The notes under the pieces were generated by a model, which was not told where the DNA came from, ran no database searches, and saw only the letters and a program-made list of their open reading frames with translations. Positions 53,201 through 62,200 of a stretch of 64,000 nt of DNA are shown one piece after another (the stretch's first letter is position 1; the number at the start of each line of letters is the position of its first letter). Both the position numbers and the translations under genes were made by a program. Source of the DNA: Phoronis australis (taxonomy: Eukaryota; Animalia; Phoronida); contig NMRA01000490.1 of the NCBI GenBank assembly GCA_002633005.1, positions 262,475 through 326,474 on the forward strand, written 5' to 3'.

Positions 53201-56200
53201 CTAGAGCCATAATGTCTGTAGTCATTAAGTAGTTAAAGAGCTGTATCATGTCATGTAGCACTATAAGCATTAGCTGTGTTCTCATGGATTTTGAAATCCC
53301 TGAACTGTGTCTGGGAAAAATTACTGTCAGTGTCTCCAAGTATTCCTACTGACTTCAGAATACTGTTATTTTTCTCACTCTGTTGGCAAGCATTGACATT
53401 ATACTAAGTACTTTCAATTGAGTAAACAAACCATGGTAATTTATTAATGAAATTTCCGGGTTTTTAGTTCACGCAAATAACTGGTAAATCTTCTCCCAGT
53501 GCAATATTTTCCTATTAAAACTTAAGCAAATGTGTAGAGGACAATGGGGAACAGGCAGCTGCGGCTCAATGAGGAGCCACTCCTCAACCAGCCTTCAGAG
53601 CTGTACTCTAGACCTTTGGGTGTCCACCATCTAATGCAATATTCTGAACTAGCCTGTATGTTTCTATCGTCAGCCTGTTCAACAGCTACTGTGTTGTAAA
53701 AACGACCATGTGATCAGTGACCTAATTGTGATAGGTGCACTTAATGTAGCAATCATGTTCATCTTAATTGCCATGTTGAATTCAAAAGGAGAATTACTAC
53801 CAGCACAATTTGTCATTAATGTTGAACTCTACAGTCTTGTGGAGTTATAGATGTCTGGGGGGGGGGCATTACCTTGTAAACCGCAATTGTCTTAACGAAC
53901 TGAGCATCCGTAATTTTACAAAAAAGACACGGAAATTACAAAAAAGACACGGTGGTCATGTGACCAAATTAATGATAGACTGATAAAAAGGTCAAGTTCT
54001 ACAGGCTTCCTACTTTCGGAATTATATACCTTTACCAAGTTGACATCTGTAGTCTGTGTGATATTTTGGTAACTGTACAGACTTGTTGATATGGTTGTCC
54101 CTAACCTTAACAGTTTCTCCTCTGTAATGCATTGCAGTGCAGTGGGGTGAAGTTATACTGAAACCACTCTCCTATTTTTAAGAACAGTCACCTGTAATTA
54201 CCATGTGAGCAGGTGCAGCTCATCACAACCTTCACCCTCATCAAGTCAGTCACACCTGTTTTATATTTATCACTCCGGTGGGGTTCTTAATGGACTTGGT
54301 GTAGATAACTCAAAACATCCATTTCAACTGTCTGTAATATTTCCTGTTCCTGTTGCTGATATATACCTGTTTGGGCCCTCCTGGAACTCTGTTCATTGAG
54401 TAAGGCACTTGCCCCCAAAACGATAATAATAACAATAATGATAATAAATATAAAAAAGAATAATTATAAAAATAATAGTAGCATCAGCAAAGGCAATGTC
54501 ATTGATATGATGAGGATAACAATTGTAGGGATATTAATAATGGTAATAATAATATTAATAATGATGATGACAGTTATAGTTGTGGTAATGAGATTGATTA
54601 TGATGATAATAATGATAATAATAGTAATAACGCATATATTGTTTATGCTTTCAGGAGCTGGTGGGAAGCAATCCTACTGAGAGGAACTGGCGCGGGATCT
54701 GTATCGCTCTAGTCGTCATATTGATTGTATGCGGCCTCATCACTACAGCGGCCATATTGGTCAACCCAAGTAGGTCCTACCTCTCATTATTGTTTGTTTG
54801 TTATGCAACTTCACGCAAGGCAGAGATTTTTGTGTTCTATTTCTGTGTTTGAGGTCTGTGAAAATGCACCTGGCAGTTTCATTGAGAACACCCTGCAGTG
54901 CATGAAATGAGCTTTTTAAAGGGCAATTTAAGAAGCCCACATGTATGCAATTTTAAAAATGACAGCTACCATTTTTAAGAATACATGTCCATGATTATCC
55001 CGGAGTCATTATTCCAGCAGGATATTGTGTTTGCTCCACAGAAGGGAATGGAGAATTAAGATCTGATCTTTTGCTGTGCCCGCCCACGTCAGATTCTATT
55101 GTTCCTATGGTTACTAAATAGTCTCCATGGGAACGGTAATTAACACAAAAAATATCTCCACGGTAACCAAGGATAAGTATTTTTTACTAAACGTCACATC
55201 AAAAACGGTTGCGCTCCCCTGTAATCTAAAGAAAGGCTAATTTTTTTGTAGTGGAACCGTTTGATTCATGTTTTTGAGTGGCTGAACCATGTGTTTTGGT
55301 TCTTCAATACAGAGAGCTATCACTCCTAATTCCCTATGATAACACTGTAGACAGAATGGAGCTCATTGATTGCTTCATCTGGAACATTCACTGCTAATAA
55401 TTTGATTTATTCCAGTTTGGAGTTCAGATGATTTTGGCTTAACCTAATTAGCACTGTTGTGGAGAATCGTTAACAGTACATGTGAGATAGTTCAAGTTGG
55501 TGTTAATTAATTGTTTACAGAGAAGGTGAAAAAATACTATGGAGAAAAGTTTTCGTTTGATGACATATTCCTAGCAAGAGATCTAGAGAAAGTATTTGAC
55601 CCACAGTGGTTTACAGGTACGTGGACTGTGGGGACACCTTTTGGTGAGGACTTGAGCTAGTTTGAGTGCACATTGGCGCTGATTATTCAAAGTTGTTGAT
55701 CAAGTTGTAAAACGAAAATCAATCGAATCATTGACGAAGTTAAATTAATAACTCTTTTGAATTGTAAATGTGGAAGTTATCAAGTCACTCTGTACTAATT
55801 TGTTTTTAATCTTTGAAATGCCCTTAAAGATACATAGTATATTTTTAAGTGGAATAGGCTTTAATCTGAAGGCATTACTTTGTGCTGTCAAACTTAACAT
55901 TGAATAATTTATCCATGTTACTCTAAGATTGTTTCTTTAATCTATCCTGTCGTCCACATGAACTCTCCTGTCAGTGTCACGAGGTGGCGCTATTTTTGTT
56001 GTAATATTTTCTCATGGGCTGTAATTCATTCCATGTTTTTGGCCTAACAAACGTACAAATTAAAGTTCTTGCAAGCACTGTTTTTATTGAATAGAGTGTT
56101 ACTCCCAGGAAAAGAATTGTGTTACACGAGAAAATAAGTACCAGTCGTGAGAGAAGGATCCGTACGCGGATCATGAGGCAGGAAGATTACGTGTCTCTGC

Positions 56201-59200
56201 TGGATTATCCGTAATTCTCTGATATTGTAACTTAAGCCCACTAGAAGTCTTAACTGGACACTTCGGCTACTCAGAGTATTTCTTATTTTTGTCTTATTGT
56301 TTATTTGGTTATTTTGACCTGAATGTCACGTGTTGTTCTTTCAGACACTGATGAAATTGCCTTCAGAAATAAAGAGGGACATGTCGTCGCATACAGCGCC
56401 ACTGATGGCACAGAGAAGAAGCTCATGGATGAATCATATCTTGTAAGTTAATCCTGGGTAAAAATATAAGTAGACCAAATACTGTCACTGACTGGTAGAA
56501 GGTAAGAAACAGCCCTGTAAATATGTCTGCAGTTATTCAGTCATGCATAAAACTAGTTGAGATGTGTTGTTCTAGTTTCCCTGCTAAATGGGGAGTGTCT
56601 TTGTCAATAAAATGTTGAGAAGGGTAGACTGATACCCATTAACCTCATGCAGAAATGCTGTGTATATTTTTGTCTGAGGATGAAAGTATGATTTTGACTA
56701 TGATCGATGTGTCTTCAAGTTGTAGTAATGTGTGGTTGCATCACTCAGATGGAAATCGATTTTGTTCTCAAAGCACAGTCAGATTTTTGCCATTACATGC
56801 ATACAACGGTGTATTATTGTTGTATTATTGTATTTCAGCGACAGCTGGACACAGACTGGTTTGTTGTATCCCCAGACAAACAGTTTGTCTTGGTTGCTCA
56901 CAAAATACAAAAGGTAAATTTTCTAATTCATTAGCAGTGATACCTTGTTCACATAATAGTAAAAACAAGTGTTAATTTCACAACAAAATTTGTTTCAGTA
57001 CAGTACAGGTTGTTCTGGAATAACTTAACATGCATTTGCAGTTTGGCACCAGTTGCGAAGGTGGTGCAGTTTGTTTTAGAGTACCTGTTCCCAGTACAGG
57101 TTGTTGTGTGAACGCAACTTAAATGCATGTGCAATTTGGCAGCAGTTGTGAAGGTGGTGCATTTTGTTACAGAGAACCTATTCCTAGTACACATTGTTGT
57201 GTGAACGTACCAAGAGCAAATCCAAGGTGTTATGCAACCAAATTGTCATTCATATATTCCTTATTTACAGGTTTTAAAGTTATGTTGGACCTTGTTGACA
57301 AACATCTAGAAAACTATATTTTGATTTAGAAAAATTGTAGATTTTTTGAAGTAGAAAGCTTGTAGAATTTGATTTTGAGTGTTTCCTAATCTGCCATTTA
57401 TTGGTCTACAGTGCCCCCTGTTGTGACCGCTGTTACCCTTCCTTCCGTAGGTATACAGGCACACAACGCTTGCCATCTACAAGGTTTACGATGTTGACAA
57501 GAAACGGCTGACCAATCTCTACCCTACAGGTACGCCAATAGAGTCTCAGGCCAACACACTGTTGCAGCTCGCCAGGTGGTCTCCCAAGGGCCACTCATTG
57601 GTAAGTAATCTGTGTTACTGCGTGACGTGTGAGTTGCTGGGGTCACAGTTTTCTTAAATTTAATTATTTTCTTAAAGGTAAGCAGTATCCATCTGAATAC
57701 TATATAGGCTCTTGCTTGTGTTTAGAGATATTGTGCCAGTCAGCTCAGTCGTTACTTATTATTAGTGTTACGTATGCAAGATGTATCCTCCCATCCACAC
57801 CTCCTACACTCATACTTTACTTGTCCTATTACGTGACTTGTTGCTGAGACAGAACATTCCATGCTATTCCACTTAGTTGAAACCCTGAAGGAATTGTGCA
57901 TACAGCTCTTTCATTCACACCGCGTTGACCTCTAGCTGACCTCGCATTCTCCTGATGCTGACCTCTAGCAATTTTTGAGCCTGTTATCGGCTTCGACGTG
58001 TTTTCATTTGACGAGGTTAGATATTATAGTTATATGATAAATACACAGATGTTTGGCTTTGAGAGTTCAAATATGGCATTCGTGTTACAGGTGTATGTGT
58101 ATGAAAATAATCTCTACCACACTCATGATCCCGTACAGACCGGTCATCCCGTAACCAGCGACGGAGTACCAGGGATGATATTCAACGGCGTGCCTGATTG
58201 GCTGTACGAAGGTGAGGCTCTGTCCAGAAACAACCAATCAGATTGAGCAGCAGTAACGTCCCTGCTGCGTAGTTGTGAACTATGTTATTGTGAAATTGGG
58301 AACAGAACTCAATCTGTCACCAATCCTTACTGAGAGATTATAGGTTAAACACCTTTGAATTTTGTTGCTTCAATATGTTGTGAGCATCACTTTCAAGACA
58401 TCAATGTCATACTTCGCCAAATGTAATGAGCGGTTAGGCTTACTAACTTACTTAAGTCTATATCACCGTGAGAATCCTTCTATGGCGTTCTATTCAAACC
58501 CGTATCTAGTACTGCTACTTCGGCCATTTTGTTTGTTCTCTGTTCTGGCAATGACGTAATATGGTGGGGGAAGACTACTTCACGTATCTTTGACTTTACG
58601 GCATTTGAGAGATTAGTCATGTTTTCTTATGTTGCTTAAGTGTTGTTGGAACTGTCTGGACATCGAAATACTTTCTAAGTAGATAAACTAAAGTCCATTG
58701 AAGGACTACTTTAAAGAAAATTTAAGGTCATAGTTGTGTTACAAAGGTTACAAATCAGGTGTTAGAATTATTTATAGGTTGATTGATTCACATACTCACC
58801 ACTAGGGGCGCCTCGAAAAACCTTTGCTTATGCAATGGCAACTGTTTTCCCACAATGCTACATTTCTGCCTCGCCAACCTATCATTTCAGTTGCAGCCAT
58901 TTTGCGTGCTTGATTTTGCCTGATCTCGCTCTTGCAAGAAGCTTGGTAGGGACAATGGCAAAAAAGTAGAGAAGCAGTGTAAATCTAGTGCACAATTATT
59001 TGATATCCAACCAACTTCACTGAATAATAATCTCAATTTGTATACTTTTCAGAGGAGATTCTTAGTTCTGATGGCGCCCTCTGGTGGTCGAGGACAGGCA
59101 AGCGGTTCTGTTACGCTCAGTTCAATGACACAAATGTTCCGCTGTACCAATTCCCATTGTACGGTTCAGGTGATTTGTCGCAAGATCAAATGGTGCGAGT

Positions 59201-62200
59201 ACGCTACCCCTCGGTAAGTTGATCAGCCGTGTTATAGTTACAGTGTTTTGCTGCTTGATTTTTATGAACAAAAGTTCGGTATCATTCAATGTGCAGCAGT
59301 ATATCTATCTTGCCATTTCCAGTCACATCAACAGGAGATATACAACGAGCCGTCTAATGAAGACTTACTCCATCGAGATCTTATTTTGAAAGCTTGTTTG
59401 TGTGATAAAGGTTATTCAAATTGGAACCCAATTTGCAGCACAGTAGGATTTCATTGGATCAAAATTTTCATGAAGAGCAAATGAGAAAATTTTACTTGAT
59501 TCTTTGAAAAGTTTTTATACTACGACTATCGTCAACAAACACATTGAGAGGTTGTGAACACTCTTGACAGTACAGTGAGAGGTTATGAACACTCTTGACA
59601 GTACAGTGAGTTGTTGTTGACACTCTTGACAGTACAGTGAGAGGTTGTTAACACTCTTGACAGTACAGTGAGAGGTTGTGAACACTCTTGACAGTACAGT
59701 GAGAGGTTGTTAACACTCTTGACAGTACAGTGAGAGGTTGTGAACACTCTTGACAGTACAGTGAGAGATTGTGAACACTCTTGACAGTACATTGAGTGTC
59801 TTAAAATAAAAAAATGACAATTTTGCTGTTATTTTGGTTTAAGTTTGTGTAAACTTTACTGTGCACATAAAGCAAGACATAGCATCAGGTGATTTCCTGT
59901 TCAAACACTACAAAATTCTTCAGTGGTATTGAGATCACTGAGACAAAAAATCTGATTGGACGTTTATGAGTACAAGTCAAGGCAGCCTATTATGTAAGGG
60001 TGCAGACAGTATTATTACTATCAGTCTTCTCTGTTTCTCGGTTGGTGTATTGGCGGTAAAAGTATGAGGAGATTGTGTTATTCAACAGTTCTGGATCATT
60101 AAGTGTTGCCCTTTAACAGGTTTGTCCCTCTTTTGCGGATTGTATGTCTGACCTACTTATCAAAATGTCAGCCACTCTTCAGTTAATGATCAAGGGAAGA
60201 ACATTACATTGCTCATCCAGCGCTGATATTTGTCAATTTCCTGGTGTCAACATTGCGACTCAAAGTGCAGTAAATCCCAAATTCGTCTGCATTACAATGA
60301 TGTTGCATAATAATTAGGATATGAGACTAGTACGTTTGCCTGTGAAGAAGCAGGACAAGTGCTTGGCACACATGTTGCATTGTGGGTAAATACGTTTGAA
60401 CAAGAGTTGTGCTGCGCTGTTTTAGGACGGGCCGTAACACCTGGTGACTTTGTTAAAAATAACTCCGGACGTACTTATGTTTTCAGGCGGGTGATCCCCA
60501 TGCAAACAACAATCCTACAGTAAAACTGATGATTGTTACCAAAACTTCCGACCGTGTGGTCAACGTGGAAGTCTCCCCACTACAGTCACCCTTCCAGAAT
60601 CGGTGAGCGGGCTTCCTTTGTCCAGTGCCAATTTTTCCTTAGGATGCTGGCGAAGGTTAATAGTACCTGCCAGAATATGACACGTTTACCCCATACGGGT
60701 TATTCAAATTCTTATTGACTTCAGCGGTAAATAACTTTTATCAGGATGCTGTGTACGTGTTATAGTCTGTTTCTTACTTAGTCATCCAATAGAAAAATGA
60801 TAAATTTGTCAAGAGCTCCACCTAGTGACAATCACTACCAAAGAAGATGGCAGCCAGACAACAGCCACTGAAAATTTCTAGTGGAAATTCTCAGTTTTCT
60901 ATTGAAGGGGTAGTATGAAACAGACATATTGACTTTGTTGATAATAATTACAAAATATATTACTTTTGTTCATTAGAACACGTGATACACAGAAACGGCC
61001 ACAAAATATTAGACTTGGATAAAAGAATTTTATTCATAAATATTGTAATAAGACGGTTTGGTATAATTTTTGTGTTTTTGACCAAGTCTCAGAAAGTACT
61101 GAAAGTGCTGTGATTGTTCCTGCAGACAACAGTATTACTTCACGGCTGTGACGTGGCGGGACGATGACAAACTAGTTGTGGTGTGGTTGAACCGTGCTCA
61201 GAACCATTCCATATTCACGCTGTGTAATGCAAGCACCGGTGAATGTACTGAGGCAAGTGTTTGTCTGTTGTGTGAGTCTGTTGAGGGTTAGGATCACTTG
61301 TTAATGTGTCGATATGGATCCTGGCGGGGTTCTGTTGGCGGGGTGATCATTATATAATACATAAACATGCTGTTCGGTTATCTTACTGATATTTTGCCAT
61401 AATAAAGGAATACTTTTTCACAATTATAGCGTAATTGACTCGGGGTAGCTGTGAAGCAAGTTGTCTATGAAAATGTTCCTGGTGATGTGTCTCTAGGTGT
61501 GCTTACGTCATTGTTGTGGAATGGTGTAGGTTAATTCTTTAATTACAAGTATTGTTTTCAGATCCAGCATGAAGAATCAAAACACGGCAAAGGTTGGGTG
61601 GATGTGGTGAGTTCTACTTTTTTCCATTCCGTGCGACCCATTTTGAGTGTCGTAATCGTTCCCATGCAAACTGTGTTTCCCCCTTAATCACCTCCATCCT
61701 GCCAGAACACTGACGCCATTTTGTGGAAACATTCTCTGAAAGAAGCTTTGTTGAATCTGACAAAATGAAACCAAATCGAAGACCGTAAATTTTGTGGAAA
61801 GTCTGTAAAACTGGCATATTTCACATATTATCGAAGCTGTGTAGCTTATAAGCAACAAGTGGAAAACAAAAACGACACCAGATTGTACCTCAGAAACGTC
61901 ATTCAATATTTGCAACTATCGTCAGTTATAATAGTTAAACAGAATAGGACAAACTGCTATAACATAATGTTCACGTCACATCACAGTGTACCTCTCAGCA
62001 TGGGGAGTCTGTATGTTTGTTTTGCACTGTGATGTCATGTGAACATTTTGCTACAACAATCTGTTCTATTCTGTTTGACTATTGTAACTGAGAATGATAT
62101 TTCTCTAACATCGAAACAACCTTTTTATGCTGCACTCTAGTTATCTATTTCTCACTTCTAATTTATCCAAAAACTAAAATTACTCAGACGTCTGTTATGG

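Noticed and set aside
54396-54680. Hydrophobic Ile/Met-rich ORF resembling a membrane protein
   Set aside because: Translation of the ATA/ATG microsatellite, out of frame with the true exon.
59546-59793. 31-bp repeat array as a CRISPR array
   Set aside because: Head-to-tail units with no unique spacers, no cas genes, and located in a eukaryotic intron.
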